Shown: positions 26,925-40,118, counted from the first letter of the stretch. The stretch: 64,000 bases of DNA from Octopus vulgaris (GCA_951406725.2 OX597840.1:30194001-30258000), one strand, 5' to 3'. Notes: generated by a model not told the origin, from the sequence alone. Translations and numbers: made by a program.

Positions 26925-26969
26925 CACACACTGATGATGGGTCAGTACCCAGAAACTCGAGTCCATGTG
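26925..26969 (+). ncRNA. Type I hammerhead ribozyme core (stem I decayed)
   Basis: CUGAUGA (26931-37), stem II UGGGU-CAGU-ACCCA, GAA, stem III AC-UCGA-GU, cleavage triplet GUC (26961-63). Confidence 0.75.
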
Positions 26970-27273
26970 TATCATGTCATGTCAGATTGAAGACAGGAAG
27001 GATGGTTTCCCTTTGCAAATACTGATAGGGCACAGAAAGTGTGTCAATAGCCAGCTGGAGGATGTGTCCACCTGGGGCTACAAGCTACCGTAGCATCCAC
27101 CCTTAGTGGTTAGCCACATTTAAGCGACAAAAATACTTCACATTGTCGCGCAGCTACTGTCTATACCTCATTCAGAGATATATTATTGCTTATATATATA
27201 TATATATGCATACATGCATGCACACACACACTCACACAAATTTACATACGTACACATATATATATATATTTAC

Positions 27274-27339
27274 CTTTCGTAGAATACATTGCATAATGGA
27301 CCAAGCTGATTTTGTCACACACTAGAGGACCGACCAAAA
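27274..27339 (-). CDS. Candidate 66-bp phase-1/phase-1 exon of an unknown gene (LVGPLVCDKISLVHYAMYSTK)
   Basis: Pyrimidine-rich acceptor TGTGTTTTCTTTTAATGCTTTTGTTTCTCGCAG, donor AAG|GTAAAT, one open frame; paralogous copy at 54486-54960. Confidence 0.5.
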
Positions 27340-28064
27340 CTGCGAGAAACAAAAGCATTAAAAGAAAACACAAACCTTCGAAAGAATTTATTTACCGAAA
27401 ATAGTTTGCGGCAGAATATTCTTCTGTACACCGTGATATTTAGAGACTTTCATTGCTATCTTTATTTCAAATATAGATACGTTTATCAATATAGACACAA
27501 TCGTAGATAACAAAGGAAAACACAAAAATGGCAACAAGAGAATTTTGTGATAAGACTGTCTTGGAGTATAGGATATTGGAAAAAAGATCAAATAAATATA
27601 TCATATCAGTGCTTTGGTATCATTGAAGAACTGATGTTTATTCTTACTGTTGTTGTTTTTGTTGTTGTTTAACCATTGGTCAAACTTCCTTGAACAAATC
27701 TATCATCAAACACATTCCAGATGAGACCATCACCATAGGAAAACGGTAATCAATATTTTTTCCATTTTAAACGAATAATGTAGGGTGTGATTATATAGAG
27801 ATTTGGTTGATATTTTTAGCAAATTAAATAACTAGATTGAGGCTTTCTGTGGTTGCTGTTGTTACTGTTTAACCCTGGGCCAAACTTATGATCAAAAATA
27901 TTCCAGATGTGCCATGGCTGTGTGGTAAGAAGCTTGTTTTCCAGCCTCATGTGTTCAGGTTCAGTTCCACTGTGTGACACCTTGGGCAAGTGTTTTCTAT
28001 TATAGCCTTAGGCTAGCCAAAGCTTTGTGAGTGGATTTGGTAAATGGAAACTGAAAGAAGCCCA

Positions 28065-28105
<41 letters not shown>

Positions 28106-28337
28106 AATTAGAAAAGAACACCTTTTATCAATTCAGTATTGAAAAATTAAATTATAACATTTAGGAAAATTACATATTATAGAAAGATTAAATATAAGAT
28201 AAAACATATAACAATGGTTAAGTAATGTGCAAAATAATATATATATTATATTATATTATAGTTTGTGAAATTTTATTTAGTATTTCTAAATTGAATTTTT
28301 CCCTGTCAGTTTGGAATTATATTCCCTCATAATATTA

Positions 28338-28375
<38 letters not shown>

Positions 28376-28739
28376 TTTGAGAGTCAACAACTATTGAAAA
28401 GGTTGCAAGATGCAACGAAAAATTTTAGAAAAGCAAATAAGTAAATGAGTGTAAACTTTACTGGTGAGTGTGTTAAATAATAAGGCACTAAAAGAGAATG
28501 ACTCTCCACAGATACCCCTCTCTCTCTCTTTCGGAGAGGCACAAGCACCTACACGCACATATACACACACGGTAGTAACTACCACCTACCGAATTCAATC
28601 ACAAAGCTCCGGTCGACTCGGGGCTATAGTGGAAGACACCTACCCAAAGTGCCACGCAGAGGGACTGAACCCGAAACCATGTAGCTAGGAAGCAAGCTCC
28701 CTAACCACACAGCCATGCCCACACCTACAACAGAATAAA

Positions 28740-28969
28740 TTTTGGAAGATTTAAAAAAAATTAACATTGTTATGCCTGAGTATAATTTGATTCAAATATA
28801 TACAATATAAACCTAATAACTGATCCTACAGGTTAATATGTTCTAATTGAACCATTTGATCAGTTCTAAGGTAAATATATCTCTATGTTGTATATATTTG
28901 TATTGAATTGTACTTGGACAAAGCAATTTTAATTTAAAGAAAAATACGTTCCAAACTTTTGGCCACAAC

Positions 28970-28973
<4 letters not shown>
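28740..28973. mobile_element. Degenerate palindromic MITE, possibly Tc1/mariner-derived
   Basis: Imperfect inverted arms; right end reads CAGTGTTGTGGCCAAAAGTTTGG on the minus strand. Confidence 0.5.
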
Positions 28974-29003
<30 letters not shown>

Positions 29004-29129
29004 TGTGTGTCTTTGTGTCTGTGTTTGGCCCCCACTACCACTTGACAACCGGTGTTGGTGTGTTTACATCCTCCATAACTTAGCAGTTCAATGAAAGAGA
29101 CCAATAAAATTAGTAAAAAAATTAATCAA

Positions 29130-29440
29130 TGCACCCTTTTAAAACCTAGCTGGGTTCACGGGCCCGGTTTCCTGGTTTCACAATGGCGTATGTGTTCCCC
29201 AGCTGGATGGGATGCCAGTCGATCGCAGCGTTACTCATTTTAACCAGCTGAGTGGACTGGAGCAATGTGAAATGAAGTGTTTTGCTCAAGAACACAACGC
29301 GTCACCCGGTCCAGGAATCGAAACCACAATCTTACGATCATGATGCTGGCACCCTAACCACTAAGCCACCGGCCTGGGAATCGAAACCACGATCCTACGA
29401 CCGCGAGTCTGCTGCCCTAACCACTAGGTCATTGCGCCAT
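29130..29440 (-). mobile_element. tRNA-derived V-domain SINE (group C)
   Basis: Minus strand CTGCGATCGACTGGCATCCCATCCAG resembles the V-SINE domain; partially duplicated head. Confidence 0.75.
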
Positions 29441-29544
29441 TGTGGAAGTGCAAATATATATATATACATATATATATATACTTCTTGGTAAAGTGGACAA
29501 AGAAGATGGATGAATGTACGGATGGGTTGATCGATGGTTGAAGG

Positions 29545-30303
29545 GTTTAGTAAAATAACTTTGTCTTCATTAAGCTGGTGTTTGGAACGTAAAATTTTGA
29601 TAGAAGAGTTTTTTAAGTCACATTAAAATGAGGAGTTTGTATCACAGAACCAAGGTAGTCTTAGGCATGAAAAGGCTTAACCCTTTTGTTATGATGCTTC
29701 TGTTGAAATACTTTGCTTTTATTATAATCAGCTTTCCAAAATTATGAAGAATTTTGTAAAATAAGTTTGTCATTATTAAGCTGGTGTTTGGGATATAAAT
29801 TAGCAAGCAATTTTTAAGGGAAGGTTTGAATTTAGAGGACTTTAAAAAAAAATTTTCTTGTAGAATCAGGGGCAGTTTCCAGGGGATTTTACCCAAAATT
29901 ACATTTTTCATGAATCAAGATTATCTCCTGTTCATTAATAGATGAATCTAAGAAATACGCTGCTCTTGTTTCAATAAATTTTTAAAATCATGAATAATTT
30001 AGTTAAAAAACTTTTATCATTATTGTTATATTTTTGGGGTGGTCATTTTTTTCCTTTTGCCAAATAAACACGTACACTAAAGCAAAATGAAGAAAGAAAA
30101 ATGACCTGCGGAAGGATCATTAAAATATAATAGGCGCAGGAGTGGCTGTGTGGTAAGTAGCTTGCTAACCAACCACACGGTTCCGGGTTCAGTCCCACTG
30201 CGTGGCACCTTGGGCAAGTGTCTTCTACTATAGCCTCGGGCCGACCAACGGCTTGTGAGTGGATTTGGTAGATGGAAACTGAAAGAAGCCTGTCGTATAT
30301 ATG

Positions 30304-30350
<47 letters not shown>

Positions 30351-31125
30351 TGTGTTTCCCCCTAGCATTGCTTGACAACCGATGCTGGTGTGTTTACGTC
30401 CCCGTCAGTTAGCGGTTCGGCAAAAGAGAATGATTGAATAAGTACTGGGCTTACAAAGAATAAGTCCCGGGGTCGATTTGCTCGACTAAAGGCGGTGCTC
30501 CAGCATGGCCGCAGTCAAAATGACTGAAACAAGTAAAAGAATAAAAAGGGAGAGTTCTGAAATCTGACAATATCTGTTAAAACACACCTTTTTCCCATCA
30601 AGAATCTTGCAAACCAAATGCATAAATGTAACTTTATCATTATTAAGCTGGTGTTTAGAATATAAACAGGAAATTTTGATAGAAGGTTTTAATTCCGATC
30701 CCTTAAAAAATTCTTATCAGCGAATGAAAGGTAGTCTTTAGCCAGATTGCTATAGAAACGGTTAACCCTTATATTACCATATTTCTGCTCAAAAACACTG
30801 TCTTTGTTTCTGTCAATTTTGAAAATTATGAAGATTCTAGTGAAAATAATTCTCTCCTTATCAATCTTTTAATTACCATATTTCTGTTGAAATTCAAAAT
30901 ATTTGTTCAAATTAATTTTTAATTTAATGAAGAATTTCGTAAAATAGCGTTGTCATTGTTGCTATTAAGCTGGTGTTTGTAACGTAAAATAACAGGAAAT
31001 TTTGATGGCAGGTGTTAATTAAGATCAGTTTTGAAACGGTAATTTTGTTTTATAGAACCAGGAACAATCTCAGGTGAAACCAAGAACAGTCCTAGTCAGG
31101 CTGGTAGGAAAAGTTTTAAACCCTC
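29545..31125 (+). repeat. Degenerate tandem cluster of ~200-bp piggyBac-like MITE units, interrupted by a SINE
   Basis: Recurring CATT(ATT)AAGCTGGTGTTT at ~29568, 29772, 30638 and 30962; junctions AAAGGCTTAACCCTT and AAACGGTTAACCCTT. Confidence 0.6.
30133..30545 (+). mobile_element. SINE group A, full length (tRNA-like head, CCTTGGGCAAGT core-like box, internal (TA)n(TG)n, stem-loop tail)
   Basis: A-box-like TGGCTGTGTGG and B-box-like GGTTCAGTCCC; more than 20 related copies in the window. Confidence 0.95.
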
Positions 31126-31154
31126 TACAGTTCTTTTGAAATAAGTAAACATAA

Positions 31155-31266
<112 letters not shown>

Positions 31267-31335
31267 ATGTCTGTCTGTCTGTCTGGCTGTCTGGCTGTCT
31301 GTCTGTCTGTCTGTATATAAATATATATATATATA

Positions 31336-31500
31336 GGCATAGGAGTGGCTGTGTGGTAAGTTGCTTGCTTACCAACCACATGGTTCTGGGTTCATTCCTA
31401 CTGTGTGACACCTTGGGCAAGTGTCTTCTACTATAGCCTCGGGCCGACCAAAGCCATGTGAATGGATTTGGTAGACAGAAACTGAAAGAAGCCCGTCGTA

Positions 31501-31547
<47 letters not shown>

Positions 31548-31756
31548 ATATATATGTGTGTGTCTATGTTTGTGTGTCTGTGTTTGTCCCTCCAACATCA
31601 CTTGAAAACCGATGCTGGTGTGTTTACATCCCCGTACCTTAGCGGTTCGGCAAAAGTACTAGGCTTACAAAGAATAAGTCCTGGGTTCGATTTGCTCGAC
31701 TAAAGGCGGTGCTCCAGCATGACCACAGTCAAATGACTGAAACAAGTAAAAGAGTA
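31336..31756 (+). mobile_element. SINE group A
   Basis: Full-length match to 30133-30545. Confidence 0.92.
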
Positions 31757-31985
31757 ATATATATATAGAGAGAGAGAGTTATTAGTAAGGAATTATCAAT
31801 CCGGGCAAAATGATTTATAAGCTCTCTGTTAGTACACCTGGCTAGTAATATTGATAAGATTAGTAGAGAACTCTGCATATTCTTGTGACTGGATCCAAGG
31901 TTATAGCTCACCACCATTCTATAATTTTTAAATCTATGGTTATGCTCCTGTTAGATTAAGAATGCCAACTTTACTTTAGCATTTT

Positions 31986-32376
31986 TTAGCAGTATCGCCC
32001 GGCGTTGCTCAGGTTTGTTTCGACCTTTTAGAATTGGAATTTTTTAAAAGTAAAGATTTTGCCTTATGTAGCTTGTTATTCTCTTTAAGTGAACATTTTT
32101 CTGGTTGAAATACACCAGAAAATGGCGACACACCAATCAAAAAATAGGAAAAAAATAGGGACTTTCATAGAAAAAAAGCACCTTTTTGATGTAAATAATT
32201 TTTGGTGTTAACATGGTCCGATTTGAATTTTATCTTCTACGGAAGGAAGACAAAGCCTTCTTCTATCATACTCTCAATTTTGGTCAACTTGCGCTGCAGG
32301 GTCTCGGAGGAGATAGTGTTAGTTGAAGGCTACCAAACCTGCCACACACAGACAACTTCAGCTCTATATATATAGA
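31986..32376 (-). mobile_element. Non-autonomous Helitron
   Basis: Minus strand starts TCTATATATATAG and ends CCTGAGCAACGCCGGGCGATACTGCTAA (CTRR). Confidence 0.8.
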
Positions 32377-32607
32377 TTTGTAAAATGGTGACAAAAATGG
32401 TATCAAAGTGGTGACATGTTCACTGACAAAATTCTGCTTTTAGAGAAATTGAGAGGCACCAGAATATTTTTTTTTGTCAATGAACAGGTCATAGTTTCAT
32501 ACTATGTTACAAATAACTGTTTAAGTGAAGCTGACAGTTCTTATGTATTTTTGAATGGTTAGGTACAAATGGAATTCTTTCCCAAATAAGTTTCACTTCA
32601 TATTCAA

Positions 32608-32688
32608 GGCTCTGATGAAGCTATGAAGTGTTATTCAGGCACTCAACTATGATTCCACTGCATCTTATAGCAGAAACAGCTGTAAGCT
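32608..32688 (+). ncRNA. Type I hammerhead ribozyme candidate
   Basis: GGCU CUGAUGA A-GCUAU...AUAGC-A GAA AC-AGCU-GU A AGCU; second copy at 57275-57355. Confidence 0.7.
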
Positions 32689-32751
32689 ATTGAAGTTCAT
32701 AAGCTAATCATTTATTCCTTTGTCATCTTGCTTTTTATATGTATGTATATT

Positions 32752-33138
32752 GTGGAGGTGCAATGGCCAGTGGTTAGGGCAACAGACCCATGGTTAGAGG
32801 ATCACAGTTTCGATTCCCAGACCGGGCGTTGTGTGTGTTTATTGAGCGAAAACACCTAAAAGCTCCACAAGGCTCTCGCAGGGGCGGTGGCGACCCCTGT
32901 TGTTTGAAGGTGGCAAGCTGGCAGAAACGTTAGCATGCTGGGTGAAATGCTTAGCTGTATTTCATCTGCCATTAAGTTCTGAGTTCAAATTCTGCCGAGG
33001 TCGACTTTGCCTTTTATCCTTTCGGGGTCAATAAATTAAGTACCAGTTACACACTGGGGTCGATGTAATCGACTTAATCCGTTTGTCTGTCCTTGTTTGT
33101 CCCCTCTGTGTTTAGCCTCTTGTGGGTAGTAAAGAAAT
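32752..33138 (+). mobile_element. SINE group C head followed by SINE group B
   Basis: GTGGAGGTGCAATGGCCAGTGGTTAGG head; GGTGGCAAGCTGGCAGAAACG from ~32909. Confidence 0.85.
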
Positions 33139-34461
33139 ATATATGTATGTATATATGTATGTATGTTTGTATGTATATATATGTATGTATATGTCTATGA
33201 ATGTATGTATGTATGTATGTCTATGTATGTATGTATGTATGTATGTATGTCTATGTATGTATGTATGTATGTATGTCTATGTATGTCTATGTATGTATGT
33301 ATGTATGTCCATTTGTTTGTCCATCCATCTGTCTGTCCATCTGCCTGTCCTCTACAGCAAAACTCCTTCTTCTCTCCATCTGTCTCACTCTAACTCTCAT
33401 TATCTGGCACAAGGCTACCTCCACCAAAGCCCACCTTTCTCTCAAAGGATCTCTGTCTTGTCAGTTATTTGACGACCCTGTCAGTGCTAGGGGCCACTTA
33501 AAAAACATCCAGTCCACACTGTGAAGTGGTTGGCATTTGGAAGGGCCACTGATGTTATCGAAGGGAAAAGCAAAGGGGCCAATACAGCTTGGCACCAGTG
33601 ATGTTGCAACTCTTATCTACAGTTGAGTGAACTGGAGCAATGTGAAATAAAGTGTCTTGCTCAAGAACATAGCCTGGTACAAGAATTGAACTTACTACCT
33701 CATGATTGTGAGCCTGACGCTCTAACCACTGAGCCATGCATCTCCACAAAGTGTAACAATTATGATGTTTCACTCAAGTAGCTAACACATCACATCTATC
33801 ATGAGCCTGAACTGATAATGTTTCTTTTATAAATTACACTGTTAAGATATCGTGTTTCCTGTCTTTTATGTCTTGGAAAGAATTATGTAACGCAAACAGC
33901 TTTCAAAAGTATTGAAACCATACCACTGCATTCAAACATCTATTGTTTTCGTCCGATCAATAATTTTTTTTTTTTTTTTTTTTTTTTGCACGACCAAACT
34001 GTTTTCTAAACAATTTTTAAACCATGTAACATGAAATAACTTGGTTTGTTTAGAGAAACAATATATTTTAATTGGAAACTATTTTTTCTACTAAACACGC
34101 ATTGAAAAAAAATGTTTCGGTTATTTCAAGAGGAAAAAATAAATAAATAATCAAAATAACAAAGGAATTCTTTGTCAGCTGTTTTGGTATTAATATTGGG
34201 AAAACTCAAAGCGAAATCTTTAATAAATTTAATAGATCAATATTGTCTCCCAACAAAGAAATATTTCTTTTATAGTCTCAGGCATGGCGTTTGGTTAAGA
34301 AATTCACTTGCCAACGACTTGGTTTTGGGTTCAGGCCTATGGTGTGGCAATGGGATTGAACTGGGAACCATATGTAAGTCCTTAACTTATTTTGAGGGAA
34401 ATTCAAATTACACACAGAAAACAGTAGATCTTCCAGTTTTTTTACAGTTGTTTATCAGTAG

Positions 34462-34898
34462 AACCCGCATGGTTCTTGGTCTCAAGTATTTTTCTTATGA
34501 AGAAAGGCTGAAGACGCTCGACCTTTATTCTCTAGAAAAACGACGATGCCATGGTGATCTCATTCTCACTCACAACATCATAAGCGGAAAGTGTAACCTC
34601 TCAAAAGAGCTGTTCTTCACTCCTGCTCCAGAGCGTTGGCTGCGGGATCACTCCGAAAAGCTCTATCTGCGACGATTTCATCTCAATCGAAGGAGAGGGG
34701 CTTTCTAAGTCCGGATTGTGGATCCGTGGAATAAGCTGCCGGATGATATAGTGAAGATACCGACGACCGCTCGGTTCAAAGTCTCTCTCGACCAGAAATG
34801 GCCTGAACCCTTTGCATGAACACCCTCCCTGTACATAACTCCATGTCCCCCTACATGGCCTTGTTTTTTGCTTTTTGAGCCAAAAATTAACCTAACTT
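34462..34898 (+). mobile_element. CR1-like LINE 3' fragment
   Basis: TRMVLGLKYFSYEERLKTLDLYSLEKRR.HGDLILTHNII...RIVDPWNKLPDDIV; classic CR1 C-terminal motifs; internal stop. Confidence 0.88.
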
Positions 34899-35194
34899 AT
34901 ATGTTTGGGAAGCAAGTGTTTCAACCACACATCCACATCTAAGCTATAAATATATTAAAAGCCAAAAACAAAGAAAATAAAAGATGTGTTTGCAGAATTC
35001 TGTAAATGATTCAGAGAGCATCAAGTGTGTTCTTATGCATTTGCACACAACGACCGTTTATTGTGTGCTGCCCCGGGACACACGGAAAAGAAACTCGACT
35101 TAACTTGGACTGTAATACCTTCTACCTTCTACTGCTCATTAAAAATGGTGGAAGAGCTGAGAAATTTCCGATTTATTTATGCTAGATATTTTAT

Positions 35195-35229
35195 TTATAT
35201 ATTAATATATATATATACACATAAATACA

Positions 35230-35260
<31 letters not shown>

Positions 35261-35299
35261 GATATATTAATAGATAGATATAGACAAGTAGATAGATAA

Positions 35300-35349
<50 letters not shown>

Positions 35350-35541
35350 GCATATTTAAATATATGCATATATATATATATATATATATATGCATACATA
35401 TATATATGCATATATATGTGTGTATATATAGATACATATATATATGCATATATATATATGTGTGTGTATATATACTTATATATATATATGCATATATATA
35501 TGTGTGTGTATAAATATATATATATACATATATATAGAGAG

Positions 35542-35573
<32 letters not shown>

Positions 35574-35740
35574 CGATAGATACATATATATATATACACA
35601 CACACATATACAGATATGTGTGTGTGTGTATACATATGTAAACATACATATATCTATATACATTCATATATAGATATATGTGTGTGTGTATACATACTCA
35701 GACAAACACACACACACACACGCGTGTGCGCACACACATA
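35195..35740. repeat. (TA)n/(GATA)n/(CA)n microsatellites
   Basis: Directly visible. Confidence 0.95.
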
Positions 35741-36446
35741 TTATTGCACTTGATGTTAGTTTGGACTGAAAAGTTTATTATGTTCCATTCCAGAAAAGTT
35801 TGTAGATTATCAACTCAATTTTCATAGGAAACACTTTTATTCTCTTGTAAAGAAAACTAAAATTAAAAAAAAAAGACACCTAATTTTACTTAACTTTTTT
35901 TTTCTGCTTATGGTTGTATTTCTCCCCTTAACTTGGCAAAAAGCCATAACAACAATGATACAGAAAACCTGTTAATGACAGCAAAGGTAAAAGTTACACA
36001 TGCTAAGCCACTTAACTTTCCTTTTTTTATTCTCTTACTTTATTTATCGGGACAAACTTGCACTTAACTTATGATATTTCCTTAACAAGAAACCAAAGAT
36101 GTTGGCCATTGTGTTGGAGTGAAAGACCATATTGGATGGACATGCAGATAGTTCTTCGGAAATCTCTTGTTAACACATCCTGGTAAAGTATCAATAGAAT
36201 TTAACGAGCATGAGGTTAAGTATAAAATCAGGATGGAATCTCAGTGGTAAATTATTCAATGCATTAATGGAAATTGTAAGTTGGATATTTTTGAGAAATT
36301 TAAGAAATATTAATGCGTGAAAACGCACAGGTAACTACAGGTGGTTGCTTAATTCTGGATGCTGGTTGTTCTGTGATTGTTGTTTACATCTAAGTTGATA
36401 TTGATCCACTACAGGTTTGTGGTTAAAGGTATTCCAACCATGATAA

Positions 36447-36860
36447 GGCGGTGAGCTGGCAGAATCGTTAACACGCCGGGCGAAATGCTTTGTGGTATTT
36501 CGTCTGCCGCTGCATTCTGAGTTCAAATTCTGTGAAGGTCGACTTTGCCTTTCTTTCTTTCGGGGTCGATAAATTAAGTACCAGTTATGCACTGGAGTCG
36601 ATGTAATTGACTTAATCCGTTTGTCTGTCCTTGTTTGTCCTCTCTGTGTTTAGCCCCTTGTGGGTAGTAAACAAATAGGTATTTCGTCTGCCGTTATGTT
36701 CTGTGTTCAAATTCTGCCGAGGTCTACTTTGCCTTTCATCCTTTCAGGATCGATAACTTAAGTTCCAGTTATGCACTGGGGTCGATATAATTGACTTAAT
36801 CCGTTTGTCTGTCCTTGTTTGTCCTCTCTGTGTTTAGCCCCTTGTGGGTAGTAAAGAAAT
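36447..36860 (+). mobile_element. SINE group B with duplicated body and 18-bp TSD
   Basis: AGGTATTCCAACCATGAT at 36427-36444 and 36861-36878. Confidence 0.92.
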
Positions 36861-37899
36861 AGGTATTCCAACCATGATCATTCTGTCCTTTTTATCTTTA
36901 TTTTTTCATCTTTTACTTGCTTCAATCATTGGACTGCGGCCATGCTGAGGCACCACCTTGAGGAATTTTACTCTAATGAATCAACTAACAATACTTATTT
37001 TCTTTTTTTCTTTGAGCCTGATTCTTATTCTATTGGTCACTTTTCCCCCCACCCCCACCCCACTAAGTCAGAATGACATAAACACACCAACAGCAGTTGT
37101 CAAGCAGGGGTGAGGGACAAACATACACACACACATATATATGTATACAACAAGCATTTTTCAGTTTTGGTCTACCAAATCTGTTCACAAGGCTTTGGTC
37201 AGCCCGAGGCTATAGGAAAAGACAGAAGAGGTGCTCCAGCATGGCCACAGTCAAATGACTGAAACAAGTGAAAGAGTATATGGAGGAGGTGCCTTGGAAT
37301 TCTACCCTTATGATTCTCCCAGAAATAGTGGATGTAGAAAATGGTTGTATGGGTAAACATATTCATATGCATACGAGCTGAGCTAATTAGCAGGAGACCC
37401 AGTGATAGACAAAGAATGAAATGGTTGGATGGTGTCCATAGTCACAGTTGGTCACACTTTGGAATCAAGGTGGAAAGGTTAATGACTTTTGCTTTTGATA
37501 GAAACCTATCAAGAAAGTCTCTGAACACCCTACCTTCGCCACTATCCTCTGCAAGGAATATCAGGCAGCAAAAACGGATGGAGCGCATCCAAGAGACAAC
37601 GTTAGTCACTGCAGTTTTTAAAATTTTATTTTAAGAGAAGAGGGTGGAAGTTGAGGGAGATTTGAGTGCTATTTCTGGAAGATTCAGTGATCAGACCATG
37701 TAAAAGCCTCTCTCATTGACTTGCGATGGATTTCCGATAATTTGGTAACGGTGAACGAGGTTGCAAGGAGGAAGAAGCAGATCAAAGAACACATTAAAAG
37801 AAATATGGGGAATTATTCACTATCTAAATACCAACACTATAGGAAATCAGCTTAAATGAATTAGCACGGATAACGATAATTAATATGGAGTACACGTAC

Positions 37900-37903
37900 A
37901 TAT

Positions 37904-37963
<60 letters not shown>

Positions 37964-38269
37964 TGTATGTATGTATATATATATATATGTATGTATATAT
38001 ATGTATATGTATGTATGTATATATGTATGTATATATATATCTATATATGTATATATATGTGTATATATATATATATGTATATATATATATGTATATATGT
38101 ATATATATATGTATATATGTATATATATATATGTATATGTATAAATATGTATATATATGTATATATATATATATAATATGCATGTATATTATCATTTTCA
38201 TCATCATCATCATCATTTAAAGTCCATATTGAATGTTGAAATTGATTGGGCTACAGATATGTGTGTTTG

Positions 38270-38343
<74 letters not shown>

Positions 38344-38415
38344 CATATCTTTATCTTCTTTCAGGCATTCACATACATTTGTGTGTGTGTGTATGTGTGT
38401 GTGTGTGTGTGTGTG
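37900..38415. repeat. (TA)n/(TATG)n/(TG)n microsatellites
   Basis: Directly visible. Confidence 0.95.
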
Positions 38416-38634
38416 GTGTCTAATTAGCAGCAGAGAATATACAAGCTATTCTAAGAACAGGCTAGAAGCAGATCAGGGAACGTTGACCTCTGGTCATAAC
38501 AAGTGGTTTCTCTTACGGAATCAAAAGCAGATTGTATAATGCTTGCTTATAGAACTGCCGTGCTACATGGTATGGAAACCTCTGCCCTGAATGCATAGGA
38601 CTTACGAAAATTAGAAAAATAAATAGAGCCAACA

Positions 38635-38816
38635 GGTGCAGCAGTGGCTGTGTGGTAAGAAGTTTGCTTCCAGACCACATGGTTCTGGGTTCAGTCCTTG
38701 TGTGGCATCTTGGGAAATTTTTTTTTTCTTTTTTAGCCTTGAGCTGACCAAAACCTTGTGAGTGGATTTGGGAGACAGAAACTGAAAGAAGCCTGTCGTA
38801 CATATATGTGTGTGTG

Positions 38817-38868
<52 letters not shown>

Positions 38869-39322
38869 TGTGTGTGTTTGTGTGTGTTTGTTCCCCGCCC
38901 TCATCACCACTTGACAACCGGTGTTGGTATGTTTATGTCCCTGTATTTTAGTGGTTTGGCAAAAGAAACCAATAGATTAAGTACTAGGCTTAAAATTAAA
39001 TCTCGTGGTTGATTCGTTCAACTACAAATTCTTCAAGGTGTTGCTCCAGCATGGCCACAGTCAAATTACTGAGACAAGTAGAAGAATAAAAGAAAAAAGA
39101 ATAACATGCTTTAATGGAGGTGCAATGATGCGGGAAAAACAAATGCATAAAATGTAACAGGCGCAGGAGTGGCTGTGTGGTAAGTAGCTTGTTTACCAAC
39201 CACATGGTTCTGAGTTCAGTCCCACTGCATGGCACCTTGGGCAAGTATCTTCTACTGTAGCCTCAGGCCGACCAAAGCCTTGTGAGTGGATTTGGTAGAC
39301 GGAAACTGAAAGAAGCCTGTCG

Positions 39323-39355
<33 letters not shown>

Positions 39356-39575
39356 GTATATGCGTGTGTGTGTTTGTCCCCCTAGCATTGCTTGACAACC
39401 GATGCTAGTGTGTTTATGTCCCCGTTACTTAGCGGTTCGGCAAAAGAGACCGATAGAATAAGTACTGGGCTTACAAAAGAATAAGTCCCGGGGTTGAGTT
39501 GTTCGATTAAAGGCGGTGCTCCAGCATGGCTGCAATCAAATGACTGAAACAAGTAAAAGAGTAAAAGAGAGAGAG
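38635..39575 (+). mobile_element. Two tandem SINE group A copies
   Basis: Heads at ~38635 and 39160. Confidence 0.9.
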
Positions 39576-39589
39576 AGAAAAACTCATAA

Positions 39590-39810
39590 AGGAAATCAGG
39601 TGTAAATTGTGAGAAAGACAACTGCTCTGGTATGGATGTGCGATGTGTTCGTATGGGGACAGCAGTATGAAGAAATGCCTGTCCCTTAATGATGCATATG
39701 GAGATTGTAGAAAAGGGAGATCTAGAAAGAGGGACCTAGAACGACAAGGAATGAAGTAGTGAAGGCTGATTTCAGGACTCTGAAAATTGCAAAGGAGGCA
39801 TCAAAGGACT
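39590..39810 (+). mobile_element. Old RTE-like LINE C-terminal remnant
   Basis: RQLLWYGCAM...MKKCLSL...KGRSRKR...EVVKADFRTL, homologous to 20396-20580. Confidence 0.6.
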
Positions 39811-39814
39811 ATAT

Positions 39815-40118
39815 TTTTCGTTCCTTCTTGAGCTACGCCTGGCTCATAAGGGCCGGTTTCCCGATTTCCTTGGCATATAGGTTACCCACCTGGACGGGAC
39901 GCCAGTCCATTGCAGGTGAGCTGCAAGATGCAGGAGGAAAGAGTGAAAGACAATTGTGGTGAATGAGTCAGCAGAAGTTCGCCATTACCTTCTGCTGGAG
40001 CCGTGTGGAGCTTAGGTTTTTCACTCGTAAACACACACATTGCCTGGTCTGAGATTCGAACATGTGATCCCTTGACCACAATTCCTCTGCTCTAACCACT
40101 AGGCCATGGGCCTCCACA
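39815..40118 (-). mobile_element. V-domain SINE (group C)
   Basis: Minus strand CTGCAATGGACTGGCGTCCCGTCCAGG; tRNA-like head; near-identical to 43045-43338. Confidence 0.88.

Larger units (their letters stand above)
26341..27188. mobile_element. Hammerhead-bearing ~363-bp repeat unit: one inverted copy plus ~1.3 direct copies (Penelope pLTR/retrozyme-like)
   Basis: CCTGGGGCTACAAGCTAC at 26708 and 27071; 26341-26708 is the reverse complement of a permuted unit; (TA)n on both sides. Confidence 0.85.

Noticed and set aside
30133-30210. SINE heads as genuine tRNA genes
   Set aside because: No complete cloverleaf; always attached to SINE bodies
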